Below, in pieces: positions 46,764 through 57,187 of a stretch of DNA of 64,000 nucleotides. The position numbers were made by a program, and so were the translations under genes. This DNA is from a virus. The notes under the pieces are model-generated. The model ran no database searches. It saw only the letters and a list, made by a program, of their open reading frames with translations, and was not told the DNA's origin. Positions within the stretch are counted from its first letter, which is position 1, and each line of letters begins with the position of its first letter. The stretch is from the IMG/VR virus record IMGVR_UViG_3300019458_000191, positions 1 through 64,000 of that record; one strand, 5' to 3'.

Positions 46764-47909
46764 TTATTTTTTATCGTTATCTATCATGATTTTAACCAAG
46801 TGGTCAAATGATATTTTGGGTGCCCATCCTAGTTCTTTTCTTACTCTCTTTGAATCACCCAACAACAAATCGACTTCAGCGGGTCTGTAAAACTTAGAAT
46901 TAATTTTTACCAATACAATTCCCCTCCACACATATATTTCGTTTATTCCTTCTCCAACCCATTCGCCCACTACTCCAAAACAGTCGAAGGCACGTTCAAC
47001 AAATTCTTTGATGGTGTGTGTTTCTCCACTTGAAAGAACATAATCACTCAATTTTCTGGATAACCATTGAGTATATTTATCTCCGTAAATTTCCATCATA
47101 TCACTTCTTACTACCGCTAAATCTTCATTATAGACATCTTGGTTTAACATCCTCCATACACCATCCATAAAATCAGGAGAATAACTCCAATCTCTTTTTG
47201 CATAAATATTTCCTAATTCCAACGGAACAGGTTGAAGAACACCGGATTGATGTTCTTTCATGATTCGACAAACATTTTGAGTAATTTTCCTTGTTACAAA
47301 TTCTTCACCACGTCGTTCGCCCTCGTGGTTAAACAACCATCCTTGGATTGCGTATAATCCATACGATTCACGATAAACCTTAACGACCATCCTAGCAGCC
47401 GTTTTAGATGCTCCGTATGGGCTGCGTGGTCTTTCTGGATGTGTTTCATCTTGGGGGGTCCGTACGACATCACCAAATTCTTCCGAAGAACCGGCATTAT
47501 AAAATCGGCATGCTGGTTTGAACCTATAAATGGCTTCAAGACAATCCAATACAGCAGTTGAATTGGTTTCCCAAGTTTGGCGGGCAAAATCCCATGAGGA
47601 TGCTACGAAAGATTGTGCGGCGAAATTGATAAAGTAGTCAGGCTTCAATACTTCTATTAATTTGTAAATCGAATGAGAATCAGTCAAATCAAAATTAACT
47701 AAAATAAAACGGGGATAGTCAACCAAATGTTTTATGTTATCGTGATTTTCGACACTTAAACGTCTTGCCCCACCAACTACCGTTAAATCGGTATGTGATA
47801 AAAGATAATCAACCATGTGGCTTCCATCTTGTCCAGTGACGCCTGTGACGAATGCAACTTTGCCAGAAAAATATCTGCCCTGTAAATCTTGTATATTGTG
47901 AACTTTCAT
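46764..47909 (-). CDS. gmd: GDP-mannose 4,6-dehydratase
   Basis: TGVTGQDGS, AAQSFVASSW, SSEEFG, PRSPYGASK, FNHEG, FVTRKI, RPAEVDLLLGD. Confidence 0.95.
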   Translation of the reverse strand: MKVHNIQDLQGRYFSGKVAFVTGVTGQDGSHMVDYLLSHTDLTVVGGARRLSVENHDNIKHLVDYPRFILVNFDLTDSHSIYKLIEVLKPDYFINFAAQSFVASSWDFARQTWETNSTAVLDCLEAIYRFKPACRFYNAGSSEEFGDVVRTPQDETHPERPRSPYGASKTAARMVVKVYRESYGLYAIQGWLFNHEGERRGEEFVTRKITQNVCRIMKEHQSGVLQPVPLELGNIYAKRDWSYSPDFMDGVWRMLNQDVYNEDLAVVRSDMMEIYGDKYTQWLSRKLSDYVLSSGETHTIKEFVERAFDCFGVVGEWVGEGINEIYVWRGIVLVKINSKFYRPAEVDLLLGDSKRVRKELGWAPKISFDHLVKIMIDNDKK

Positions 47910-47949
47910 AACCGATTATACGTATATCCTTATCTCCACAAAGGAGTAA

Positions 47950-49080
47950 TTATATCAACATTAATGATTCTATCCACGCCATAGTAGAATCAACGTTGTA
48001 AGTTTCCAATCCTATAATATTCAGCATCTGTAAGTTAATGTATTTACCGTAATAGGCAATATATAACTTCCAAATAATACTATCTATATTCGTTGGTTCT
48101 GCTTTGTATAAAAAATTTAGCCAAGAAATATCTTTGGACCCCACCATTGAAATTCCATTAGAAACAAAATCCGCCGCGACAATATTAAATGTTTCGGACA
48201 TACTCACTTGTAAACCAATATCCATTTCTCTTACAAGGGTTATGAAAGTTTGGTGATCCATCCAATGATGTTTAACTAAAATATGTTGAGTGCCTTCAAA
48301 ACATCTTTCTATATTTGTTAAAACCGATTCGCCTTTTTGTTCCGTTCTGTCTGAATTGATATGAAATTTTATTTTTTTACCAATTTTGTTACCAAAAGCA
48401 ATAGATGCCATTGCTTGATAAAGTTGATTTTTCATTGGTCTGATTGCCCCGAAACAACCAATATTAATATATTCTGAATCACATGGTTTGCAATCTTCTA
48501 TGGTGTATTCCGGCGGACAATAAATGTTTGGGTGATAAATAACAGTAATATCAAAACAATCCCTGAATGTATCTACGATATCTCGGCTATTTGCGGAAAT
48601 AAATAATCGCTTTGGAAATTTTTTAGAAATTTCATGATATCTTTTTAACCAATCGATAGCAATACCCTCATTGGCCAAAAATGGAATCTTACTATGAATA
48701 CGAACGAACCATCTTATTTTTGGATGAATCTTTACTAATATTTCCATTTTCTCAGGTACAACCCACAAAGCTTCAATAAATACGTGTGTAGGTTGATCTA
48801 AAGTTACTTCTCTATCAATACAATTATTATCAACTACTGTAGTTGTTCTCGCTAAGATTCCGTGCTTTCTTAATTCATTACACACGAAATTACAAGAATT
48901 GATTAATCCATAAGATATTCCATAGGAATTATTTCTCTTCTTGCAGATAAATAGTATTTTTACTTTTCGGTCCATTTTATGTATTTGTATATTAGTTCTC
49001 CATCTTCGTCGAAATAACAAGCCCACCGGCCATCCGGAAAAGAAAAGTCTCGTTTTCTCTTCCGACATGATTCCTCCCAT
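47950..49080 (-). CDS. GT-B (family 4-like) glycosyltransferase (likely start near 48975)
   Basis: GCFGAIRPMKN, DIGLQVSMSETFNIVAAD. Confidence 0.75.
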   Translation of the reverse strand: MGGIMSEEKTRLFFSGWPVGLLFRRRWRTNIQIHKMDRKVKILFICKKRNNSYGISYGLINSCNFVCNELRKHGILARTTTVVDNNCIDREVTLDQPTHVFIEALWVVPEKMEILVKIHPKIRWFVRIHSKIPFLANEGIAIDWLKRYHEISKKFPKRLFISANSRDIVDTFRDCFDITVIYHPNIYCPPEYTIEDCKPCDSEYINIGCFGAIRPMKNQLYQAMASIAFGNKIGKKIKFHINSDRTEQKGESVLTNIERCFEGTQHILVKHHWMDHQTFITLVREMDIGLQVSMSETFNIVAADFVSNGISMVGSKDISWLNFLYKAEPTNIDSIIWKLYIAYYGKYINLQMLNIIGLETYNVDSTMAWIESLMLI

Positions 49081-49110
49081 TCTTTATACCAATCACTTTC
49101 CCACCAATTT

Positions 49111-49647
49111 TTATTCTTTTCCATCATAACCATCACCCTCGTCATCCTCATCTTCCCAAGGTGGTTTATCACCTTCGTTATCTGATTCACTATCGGAGTC
49201 TTCTTCATCTGAAAATTTTTGATAAAAATCTTCAAAATCATCCTCGGATAGACCGAGTAAATTTATAATAGCATTAATTATGTAACAATTATCGTATTTG
49301 CTTAATTGTTTTTCGGATATCTTCTTGGATAGAAGAGTTGCCAGATAAGTCAATTCCATCGTTTTTTTATCATTGGCATCAGGCTCTACTCTACCGTCGC
49401 GAATACGATTGATTACTTTTTCTTGAGTTATGTCCCAAACTAAACCAGGAATTTCATGATTTTCTATAGCCAATTTGGTTTGTTCTATGACCAGTTCGGA
49501 GATCTTCTGGTTTAATTCGTCGTCTGATACACCATCTTTTTTGGCTTTGGCTTGTAATTTCTTTATTAATCGATTGTCGATTTTTTTCGCAATCGAAAAA
49601 GAAGCCAGTATGCCTTCTTCAGACAATATGTGTCTTGGACAATTCAT
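49111..49647 (-). CDS. hypothetical protein with acidic tail
   Basis: TATTTATA motif 3 nt upstream of ATG. Confidence 0.7.
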   Translation of the reverse strand: MNCPRHILSEEGILASFSIAKKIDNRLIKKLQAKAKKDGVSDDELNQKISELVIEQTKLAIENHEIPGLVWDITQEKVINRIRDGRVEPDANDKKTMELTYLATLLSKKISEKQLSKYDNCYIINAIINLLGLSEDDFEDFYQKFSDEEDSDSESDNEGDKPPWEDEDDEGDGYDGKE

Positions 49648-49686
49648 GCCTATAAATATTTTTTAGATTGATTAAAAATCCAAAAA

Positions 49687-50400
49687 TCAAACTCGACTCG
49701 TTGTTTTTCTAGGCGACCCCTGCATTCTATCAGGGTCATTAAAATGAACATCTACCCTATTGTTACGTATATACCCACGTCCACAGATAAATGTGCAATT
49801 ATAACAGAGAAGTTTTATATTCTCTAATTTATGATTTTTTGGATCTCCATCTTCAAAATTCAAAACAAGTGGCATTTTTTCATCAGTTATTCTTTTTTCG
49901 CTGAATCCACATTGTTCACACTCAGCTTTTTTTGTTCCACTTCTTATTAAAAGGTCTTTAAGTCTAAATGCAGGATAATTAGGAAATTCACCATTTAATA
50001 TTTTATTTAATGGGTATTTACCTTTATTTGGGTCCCAGTATCTTTTCTTTGACCCCTTTCCCCAAGGATTCGTTTTAAAAATACCATACTTAATTGCATA
50101 TTTTTTGTATGTCGTGTAATCTACACCCAAATATCTTGCACAAGCTGCAGCACAATCATTCTTTTGTTGAGCTTCTAATATCTCTGATTCCAACAAAGGT
50201 CTTCTACTTCCCTTACTTTTTAATCTTGTTGGGGGCTGGGGTAGTATTCCGGAATCATTAAGTATATCTTCCGGCAATTGAAGTTCATCCATGACTTTTT
50301 TTGTGGTTAAATCATGGATTTGTTTCTTCATCTCTAGTATGTCTGATACTAGAGCATGAAGAACCTTCTGTTCATTACTTTGGCTTATCGGAGTTTCCAT
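49687..50400 (-). CDS. HTH + HNH-like zinc-binding protein
   Basis: AACARYLGVDYTTYKKY, CEQCG, DGDPKNHKLENIKLLCYNC. Confidence 0.75.
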   Translation of the reverse strand: METPISQSNEQKVLHALVSDILEMKKQIHDLTTKKVMDELQLPEDILNDSGILPQPPTRLKSKGSRRPLLESEILEAQQKNDCAAACARYLGVDYTTYKKYAIKYGIFKTNPWGKGSKKRYWDPNKGKYPLNKILNGEFPNYPAFRLKDLLIRSGTKKAECEQCGFSEKRITDEKMPLVLNFEDGDPKNHKLENIKLLCYNCTFICGRGYIRNNRVDVHFNDPDRMQGSPRKTTSRV

Positions 50401-50737
50401 CTTCCCCTCTCATAGATTCTAACTTTAAATCTACACCATGTTTTTTCATGAAATTCATTCTTAGTAATTCTGCTTTTCTGTGACAACCAGCATTAACTAA
50501 AACGAAATAACTGTTCAATACTACAGGTACATTTAATTTATTACCCACTTTTTCAGAACATTCCATTACTATTGCTAGTTTAAAGTCAGGTTGCCCTAAC
50601 TTTTTTTCTATAGCTCTAGTTGCTGCTTCCATGTAAACATCATCAAATATTGATGCATTTATTTCAAATTGTTCTTTCCAATTCAAACATTTGACGACAA
50701 TCTTCTTAATCTCCGACGATTTCATAGATTCCTTCAT
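50375..50737 (-). CDS. hypothetical protein
   Basis: ORF overlapping the next gene. Confidence 0.65.
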   Translation of the reverse strand: MKESMKSSEIKKIVVKCLNWKEQFEINASIFDDVYMEAATRAIEKKLGQPDFKLAIVMECSEKVGNKLNVPVVLNSYFVLVNAGCHRKAELLRMNFMKKHGVDLKLESMRGEDGNSDKPK

Positions 50738-50784
50738 ATTATATCCGATTTTGTTTCCTCTAGCTAATGATGATATTAGTTATC

Positions 50785-52437
50785 TTATAAATCCCCGAAA
50801 TCATAATTAACGTTGGTGATGGATAAATCTCCATCATTCAATAAGTCTAAATTCTTCAGTTTTTCCTGAAGGTTTTTGCATACCTTTTCTTCTACGGTTT
50901 TGGCAACAAAAACAATTTTTTGAATACTTTTCGTTTTGGCATCATCTCTCCATACTCTTCCCGTCGCTTGTCTCATTAAGACAGCCGAATAATTTGGTGA
51001 TATTAATGCCAGTCTAGGATGATTTCCCTCCAAATCATGAAGGGAAAGTCCTGCTCCACCTGATGCTATGTTAATTAGAATAACTCGTTGATTATTATTT
51101 TGAAAGTTCTCGACGTTCTTTTGACGAACATCATCTTTCGTTTTACCATCAAAAATACAACTCGTCTTCAATCTTCTTGCGATTGCATCTATGGTTTCTG
51201 TAAAATTTAAAAATACGGCAACAGACATGCCATTTTCCAGCCCTTCTTCTATTATTTCTATAAAAAGAGGAACCTTAATTAATTCAATTTGTTGTCTAGC
51301 TCTTAAAACGGCAGTAAGTTCGCTGGCCTTGTCTCGTTTTATTAGAGCATGTAATTTTCTTAATTCCTTTTCCATCGTTGCGTGCACAGAATTAATTTCT
51401 TCAGCTTGAATATCATCCATGTCATAACAATCAGCAATAATGTCTGATTCTGGAAATCCAGGAATAGTATCTCGTGTCAACCTTACGCCACGATGTTCAA
51501 AAATATCTTTGTTTAATTTTTTTAATACTTTTTCTTTAATCTTTTTATCTTCTGTAAACATTAATCCGAATCGGCCCTTAAACACTCCATGTTCATATAA
51601 CCATTCATAATATTGTTTTGGACCAGAAAATAATTTTATTGCAGTTCCAACGGTTCTCAATTCTAAAGGATTAGTAGCGTTTGTAGCCGAACAAAACAAC
51701 ATTTTAAATTTTTGTTTAATAGCTTCTACACATGTTTTAGAATTTTGTGTTTTGAAGTTCTTTAGTTTTTGTGATTCATCCCATATAATAAGAGTATCTT
51801 TAGGAATTTTCCATGTAAATTTTTCACGGTGGGTCTTTCGATTCATTACATACGAGGCTATTGGAGAATCTTTCTTTCCTGTTCTTAATTGTTCATAATT
51901 AATGATACCAATTAAAGAATCTTTCATTTTAAAGTGTTTACATATAACTCTTTTCCATGAGGCCATAACTGCCTTCGGACAAACTACGACGATTTTATGA
52001 TTTATTTCTCTTGCTACTGCACAAGCAACATAGGTTTTGCCGATACCTAAATCGGAACCATCTATTGCAGAATTCCATTTATTAATTGCGGATACGAGTT
52101 TACTAACCGAATCTATCTGCCAAGGTCTTAGACCGGATATATCTTTGACTTTATATGGAGGTAGCCAAAAATCCTCTTCTGGGGGAGGGGTCTTCTCTTT
52201 TGGTTGTGTAAATGATTTAAAATCTAAGCACGTCTTTTTTGTTTCGGCTAAAAACCAATCATTTTCATTTTCTTTAAATACAGAAAATCCTTCTTCTCTT
52301 AATTTAAATTTCGCACCCTTCCAGTAAGCAAAAAAAGCCGACCTATATTCAATTGGAATGAGCCAAATCCGTCTCCACATCGTCTTTTCTTTCTCGACGA
52401 CCTGATACGGTTCTGACCATTCAATCGATATTTCCAT
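50785..52437 (-). CDS. SF2 (SNF2-like) helicase
   Basis: LRPWQ, DLGIGKT, DESQ, SAT, ASGGAGLSL, QATGRVWR. Confidence 0.92.
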   Translation of the reverse strand: MEISIEWSEPYQVVEKEKTMWRRIWLIPIEYRSAFFAYWKGAKFKLREEGFSVFKENENDWFLAETKKTCLDFKSFTQPKEKTPPPEEDFWLPPYKVKDISGLRPWQIDSVSKLVSAINKWNSAIDGSDLGIGKTYVACAVAREINHKIVVVCPKAVMASWKRVICKHFKMKDSLIGIINYEQLRTGKKDSPIASYVMNRKTHREKFTWKIPKDTLIIWDESQKLKNFKTQNSKTCVEAIKQKFKMLFCSATNATNPLELRTVGTAIKLFSGPKQYYEWLYEHGVFKGRFGLMFTEDKKIKEKVLKKLNKDIFEHRGVRLTRDTIPGFPESDIIADCYDMDDIQAEEINSVHATMEKELRKLHALIKRDKASELTAVLRARQQIELIKVPLFIEIIEEGLENGMSVAVFLNFTETIDAIARRLKTSCIFDGKTKDDVRQKNVENFQNNNQRVILINIASGGAGLSLHDLEGNHPRLALISPNYSAVLMRQATGRVWRDDAKTKSIQKIVFVAKTVEEKVCKNLQEKLKNLDLLNDGDLSITNVNYDFGDL

Positions 52438-52443
52438 CGAAGT

Positions 52444-52740
52444 TTAATCTCCGTATTCTTCTTTTTGGAAATTCGTCACTTCATGAACATCGCAACGAAC
52501 ATGGGTTTTATCTTTATTTAAAACACCTATATTTACCTTTTCGGCCATAGCACGAGTAAACATGACTCCCTGAGGGTCATCATAACCATGACCTAAATCA
52601 ATAAGATGTTGAATAAATTCGGCTTTAGAATGGCCTGTTAGAGGTTTCACCATTTCCGAAAGATGTCTAACAACATCAGAAACAGTATTGTGATAAACTA
52701 CCCGCTTCAATAGTGGGTCTTGGACATAGAATTTGCTCAT
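52444..52740 (-). CDS. hypothetical protein
   Basis: ORF. Confidence 0.65.
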   Translation of the reverse strand: MSKFYVQDPLLKRVVYHNTVSDVVRHLSEMVKPLTGHSKAEFIQHLIDLGHGYDDPQGVMFTRAMAEKVNIGVLNKDKTHVRCDVHEVTNFQKEEYGD

Positions 52741-52845
52741 AATTTTTCCTATATGTATATTACGTTGATTTAACTGTAAACGGTTACAATTCTTATATCA
52801 ACATATAATATCAAAACTTATTTGTGGACTATGAGCCAACTTAAT

Positions 52846-53814
52846 TTATTTCCACTTTAACTCTCTTTTGATTTTATCAACACGGTCTTTGTCCGATTGG
52901 TCCATAGTTTTTGAAACTTCTTGTAAAAGTTCGGTGATAGTATATTCCTTTTCGGTGCCGGCCGCAGCTTCTCTTTCTTTCATTAGTTCGATAGAATCAA
53001 TGAGTTTATGTAATGTGTCTTTGTATCCATCAGATACGTGTGTAGGAACTAAGTTGGCAAACTTTACTGCACCCGGAGCAATACCCTTTACGAGTTGAAT
53101 CAACCAACTAAATCCGATTTCGAATATAGAAAAGATTGATCCTACAACAGGATTCGCCGAAGCAGCAAGTCTCAACACTAAATATAAAACTAAGAAAATG
53201 ACAATAAACCAAACAATACTAAAGAATAGTCTTTTAATTCCGTAGAATATGGCACCTAATCCGAACCAACTATCCATTTCATTAAGAGTGGCTTTATATT
53301 GGTCTGCCTTCAAAGCATTATTCTCTGCCAACTTTAGATATTTATCCAATTCGGCAACTTTTGAAGCAGCCAAATCTTTCATTTGTACGTTTAATGATTG
53401 AATTTCTGCGTCTTTTACAGACAATGCATCTCTTCCTCGTTTTTGTTCAGAAAATATTTCGGAAAGTAGTTTATCTACAATTGCAATTACTTCTTTTACT
53501 TCATTAAAATCCGGTTTATTAGCCAAAACCTTTACACGGTCATTCATTTCTCTAGCAACATCAACTTCTTTTGGTGGGTCTTGAACCTTCTTTAATGCGT
53601 AATCGGTTCCTTCAGCCAAGGCACCAATATGATTGAGTCTTTCTTGGTCGGTGGCAGCCATTCCTCTTTCAATTTTAGTAAATTGTTCCTTGGCTTCGCT
53701 GTTTTTCTTATAAGAATCGCCTATGACTCCCTTATTTTTACTAAGAAGAGAACCACATCCCACCAACACAAAAATCAAAAAACCTGTAATGACGCCGCCA
53801 ATATATTGTTTCAT
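52846..53814 (-). CDS. lipoprotein-signal, coiled-coil protein with internal TM helices
   Basis: Lipobox LVGC, ~160-aa helical region, hydrophobic segments at about aa 184-245. Confidence 0.7.
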   Translation of the reverse strand: MKQYIGGVITGFLIFVLVGCGSLLSKNKGVIGDSYKKNSEAKEQFTKIERGMAATDQERLNHIGALAEGTDYALKKVQDPPKEVDVAREMNDRVKVLANKPDFNEVKEVIAIVDKLLSEIFSEQKRGRDALSVKDAEIQSLNVQMKDLAASKVAELDKYLKLAENNALKADQYKATLNEMDSWFGLGAIFYGIKRLFFSIVWFIVIFLVLYLVLRLAASANPVVGSIFSIFEIGFSWLIQLVKGIAPGAVKFANLVPTHVSDGYKDTLHKLIDSIELMKEREAAAGTEKEYTITELLQEVSKTMDQSDKDRVDKIKRELKWK

Positions 53815-53841
53815 AGTATTAACCTCTTTCTTATAAATAGA

Positions 53842-54219
53842 CTATCCCTTTAAAAGAGACTTTTTATTTTCTATACCGTAACGTTGTTCAAGGGATTCGG
53901 GGTCAACTATTCCCATTTTAGCTTTAAGAATCGCTAATGCCGCGACCGGAGACATCAGCCCGCAATTGAATCCTATAATTCCATGTTGTTTACAAAAATC
54001 TTCAAGAGTTTTTATATCTTTTTCTTTATGACTTAATTTTGGTTGAGGATTGGCATCCGGATTAGATTCCGACTCCTTCTTCTGAACCATTATCTTATGT
54101 GGGTCAAATTCATTGTTAGGAGTGGCTACTGGGGGTACCTGATTTAATTTTTGTGCCATAACTTGATTAAAATCCGGAACTTTTACGAATGTAGGTTTAT
54201 AATCTTCTATTTCTTCCAT
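53842..54219 (-). CDS. hypothetical protein
   Basis: ORF. Confidence 0.65.
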   Translation of the reverse strand: MEEIEDYKPTFVKVPDFNQVMAQKLNQVPPVATPNNEFDPHKIMVQKKESESNPDANPQPKLSHKEKDIKTLEDFCKQHGIIGFNCGLMSPVAALAILKAKMGIVDPESLEQRYGIENKKSLLKG

Positions 54220-54224
54220 AACAA

Positions 54225-55550
54225 TTATTCTATACCAGCTTGGTTATATTTGTCTCCGAGCCAATTTACATTATTAAGTTGTTTTTCTAAATTAACCTGT
54301 AATTTAGTTGCTAATTCTTCTACAAAATTATCGGGTATAGTTTCTCCTGAAGTTAACATTTTATTGTAAGCTCTAAGGATACCATCTTTTATCATTTTCA
54401 TTAAAAGAGATTTAAGATATTTTTTGGATTTATTTCTGTCAGAAACTTGTAAATTTTCATCCACTCCGACCAATTGTCTTTTCTTCCAATCTGGAACAGG
54501 AGAAATTTTTGGTTTTGCTCCAATACCATACAAAGCTTTCTTTTTATCTTCAATGGATTTTAAATGAATTGCACGGTCTTTAGCTTGTTGAGAATTGTCA
54601 CCATCATCTTTATTTTTTTCTCCGTAAACGAATTCTTCATACGAAACGGTTTTATCTTTATCTCTTCCTCCACCAGTATATGGATTGAATAATACATCCT
54701 TTAAATCGAATCCTTCATCATTAGCGATCGTTTTCAATATTGGTAGTATATGATTTAATCCTATTTTCTTTAATTGATTAGATTTGTTCCAAAAAGTAAT
54801 AATGAGTTGACCGTCCATTTTAAAAATTCTACCTAAAACTGAATCATTATAACTGAGAGTAGGCCTCATGTCAGAATTTTCTGCATCAAATTCGCCTCTT
54901 TCCAAATTTTCTTTATATCCTGCTATTGTATCAACTAATCCACCATGAGTTTCATAATCCCATGTATGTTTTGTAAGATTAATTTTTCCATCTAAGAAAA
55001 CTGTATGGGCTTTTGTGTTTCCTCGTAACCAATGAACCTCACTGTTTTCAAAATATATTATGAATGGACCTACACAACAAGAATTATCATCAAATTGACA
55101 ATCAGCGAATTCTTCGGGATGTTCATTTAACTTTTCTTTTTTTTTAAAGTTACCGGTTTTAATTCCGTCTTCCCAATCTCTAAAAATCATATTTCCCAAA
55201 AGATATGCTTGTTTTTCCATCTTTCTCATGTGAGGGTCTTTTTGAGCATATCCGGGACCAAGATTATCATTATTACCTTTATTGAGCTGTTCGTGTTCAT
55301 GTTGCCAGTGATGAATAATTTCGTGTGCAAAAGAACGAAGAATATCTTTTGGATGTCTATCAGTAATGTTTAGTTTAACAATTCCCGTTTCAGGCTCGTA
55401 ATGTGCTGTTTTACCTAAAAGTTTGCCGGAATTTTTTATATCTTCTACCAAAATAACTTTGGGAGTCTTTTTTAAATCCAATCGTTCTCTTAGATAGAGA
55501 TAGAGACTCGCTAGATTTTCTTTAAACTCTTGTTTTTGTTCTGGTTTCAT
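54225..55550 (-). CDS. putative virion protein with N-terminal zincin-like HExxH domain
   Basis: RHPKDILRSFAHEIIHHWQ...MEKQAY; TATTTATT upstream. Confidence 0.75.
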   Translation of the reverse strand: MKPEQKQEFKENLASLYLYLRERLDLKKTPKVILVEDIKNSGKLLGKTAHYEPETGIVKLNITDRHPKDILRSFAHEIIHHWQHEHEQLNKGNNDNLGPGYAQKDPHMRKMEKQAYLLGNMIFRDWEDGIKTGNFKKKEKLNEHPEEFADCQFDDNSCCVGPFIIYFENSEVHWLRGNTKAHTVFLDGKINLTKHTWDYETHGGLVDTIAGYKENLERGEFDAENSDMRPTLSYNDSVLGRIFKMDGQLIITFWNKSNQLKKIGLNHILPILKTIANDEGFDLKDVLFNPYTGGGRDKDKTVSYEEFVYGEKNKDDGDNSQQAKDRAIHLKSIEDKKKALYGIGAKPKISPVPDWKKRQLVGVDENLQVSDRNKSKKYLKSLLMKMIKDGILRAYNKMLTSGETIPDNFVEELATKLQVNLEKQLNNVNWLGDKYNQAGIE

Positions 55551-55574
55551 TACTAATAAATATAAATTCTCCGT

Positions 55575-56438
55575 CTATTCCATTGGTTTTATTGATGGAA
55601 TGGGTTTAACTTCATAAGGTATATCAGGATGAAAATAATCACTAAAACTAAGGTTATCATCATCCAAAAAAGCATCCAAATCCATAACTTCTTCAAAAGA
55701 TTTTTTATCCGGTGGGGGACCTGATAAAATATGTCTTAATTGAGCATAAGATATTCCGAGTTTGTCAGCTGCCACTTGTAATCTGTTTGGTGGATATTTA
55801 GTTAATACCGCCCGTTTGGCTTCTGGAGAAAAATGTTGTAATTTTCTCAATTTATTTATTTGTTCATCTGATAATTTGGATTGGGTGGTGGTATTTTTTC
55901 TATTAAATACTTCATCATAAGAAAAAAATCTATTTGGAATACCTATGAATTCGAAAACGGTATTTTTAATGTTTGCTCCTAGTAAAACAAAAGCATTATG
56001 AATTTGAGTTTCATATCGTCGAACATTAAAATGATTTTCCCAAAAAGAACACATGTAATACCCTTTATTATCCATGTCTTCCCATATTCTACCAGAAACC
56101 ATAACCTGGGAATCAACTCTCTCGTCAGTTGCAATGATTCCTGCATCCCTTAATGGTTCAAGTAAGAAATGGTGCGTAAAATTTTCTTTGTGCCAGTTTA
56201 AATTTCCAGCATTACTTTCTTCGTAATCTTCCGCTGCATCATCATCATCCAAAAAAATTTTTAACTTTTTGGGACTAGCAGCCACTACAAAAGGCCGGCC
56301 ATAAAAATCACTGTCTATAACAGAAAATAATCCAACTACATCATCTCTATTTTCCCATGAATAACCGTTTCCATTATATTCTATGTAGTCCGGGTCTTCA
56401 TTCAATAATTTTTTGAATGGAAGTGGCATACATGACAT
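55575..56438 (-). CDS. putative virion protein, paralogous to the central domain of 54225-55550
   Basis: Shared LNE(H/D)P, TH, GRI(W/F), FW, SY(D/E)E blocks. Confidence 0.7.
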   Translation of the reverse strand: MSCMPLPFKKLLNEDPDYIEYNGNGYSWENRDDVVGLFSVIDSDFYGRPFVVAASPKKLKIFLDDDDAAEDYEESNAGNLNWHKENFTHHFLLEPLRDAGIIATDERVDSQVMVSGRIWEDMDNKGYYMCSFWENHFNVRRYETQIHNAFVLLGANIKNTVFEFIGIPNRFFSYDEVFNRKNTTTQSKLSDEQINKLRKLQHFSPEAKRAVLTKYPPNRLQVAADKLGISYAQLRHILSGPPPDKKSFEEVMDLDAFLDDDNLSFSDYFHPDIPYEVKPIPSIKPME

Positions 56439-57187
56439 TATTCCGTCATATTTGGTTCTGTCTGAACCGACCGGGCGTGGTCATCTTTTTGAACTCTGGC
56501 TTGAGTAGGAGCCACAACTTTCATTGAATGACATTCATCTACATCTTTTTCATGACATTTGCATTCACATTCCGGAGGACAGTCACAAGCAAATTTTGGA
56601 TCTCCTGTACATGGGCACTTATCTCCTTCTTCTAAAGTCATTTCATCTAATACTTCACGAACCAACGTTTTAATCAAATTTACGTGGGATTCTTGAAGTT
56701 TGGGGGTGCCATCTATCTTACCAGAAGAATTTGGACCGCCTTGACCGTCAGCAGTGGCACTAATTTCCTTTGGTGTTCCATCGATTTTACCTGAGGAATT
56801 TGATCCACCTTGTTTTTGACCTTCGCCGGAAACAACGTCACCACCAACGGAATGAGATGCAACGCTTTTATCTACCATTCCGGCAGCAGTAATTTTATCT
56901 TCTGCATGGCCACCAACTTTAGTCATACCAGAAACAGCACCATCAGCACATTTGCCACTGGTAGGTTTTCCTACCTGAATAATTTTGGCCAATCCAACCA
57001 TACCACGTACACGGGGTATTTTCATAGACCCATCATCGTATTTTAATTCTGTATCATCCACATCGTCTTTTTCTAAACCTATTCCTGGAGATGAATTATC
57101 AAAATGATTATGTTCCTCGTTTATATCCGAAGATTTCTTACCATAAAACTCTCGGTAACTTAAAATTTTATTGTTTTTATTTTCCAT
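56438..57187 (-). CDS. low-complexity putative virion protein with internal repeat and Cys cluster
   Basis: QGG(S/P)NSSGKIDGTPK twice; CPC..CDC..CECKC. Confidence 0.7.
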   Translation of the reverse strand: MENKNNKILSYREFYGKKSSDINEEHNHFDNSSPGIGLEKDDVDDTELKYDDGSMKIPRVRGMVGLAKIIQVGKPTSGKCADGAVSGMTKVGGHAEDKITAAGMVDKSVASHSVGGDVVSGEGQKQGGSNSSGKIDGTPKEISATADGQGGPNSSGKIDGTPKLQESHVNLIKTLVREVLDEMTLEEGDKCPCTGDPKFACDCPPECECKCHEKDVDECHSMKVVAPTQARVQKDDHARSVQTEPNMTE

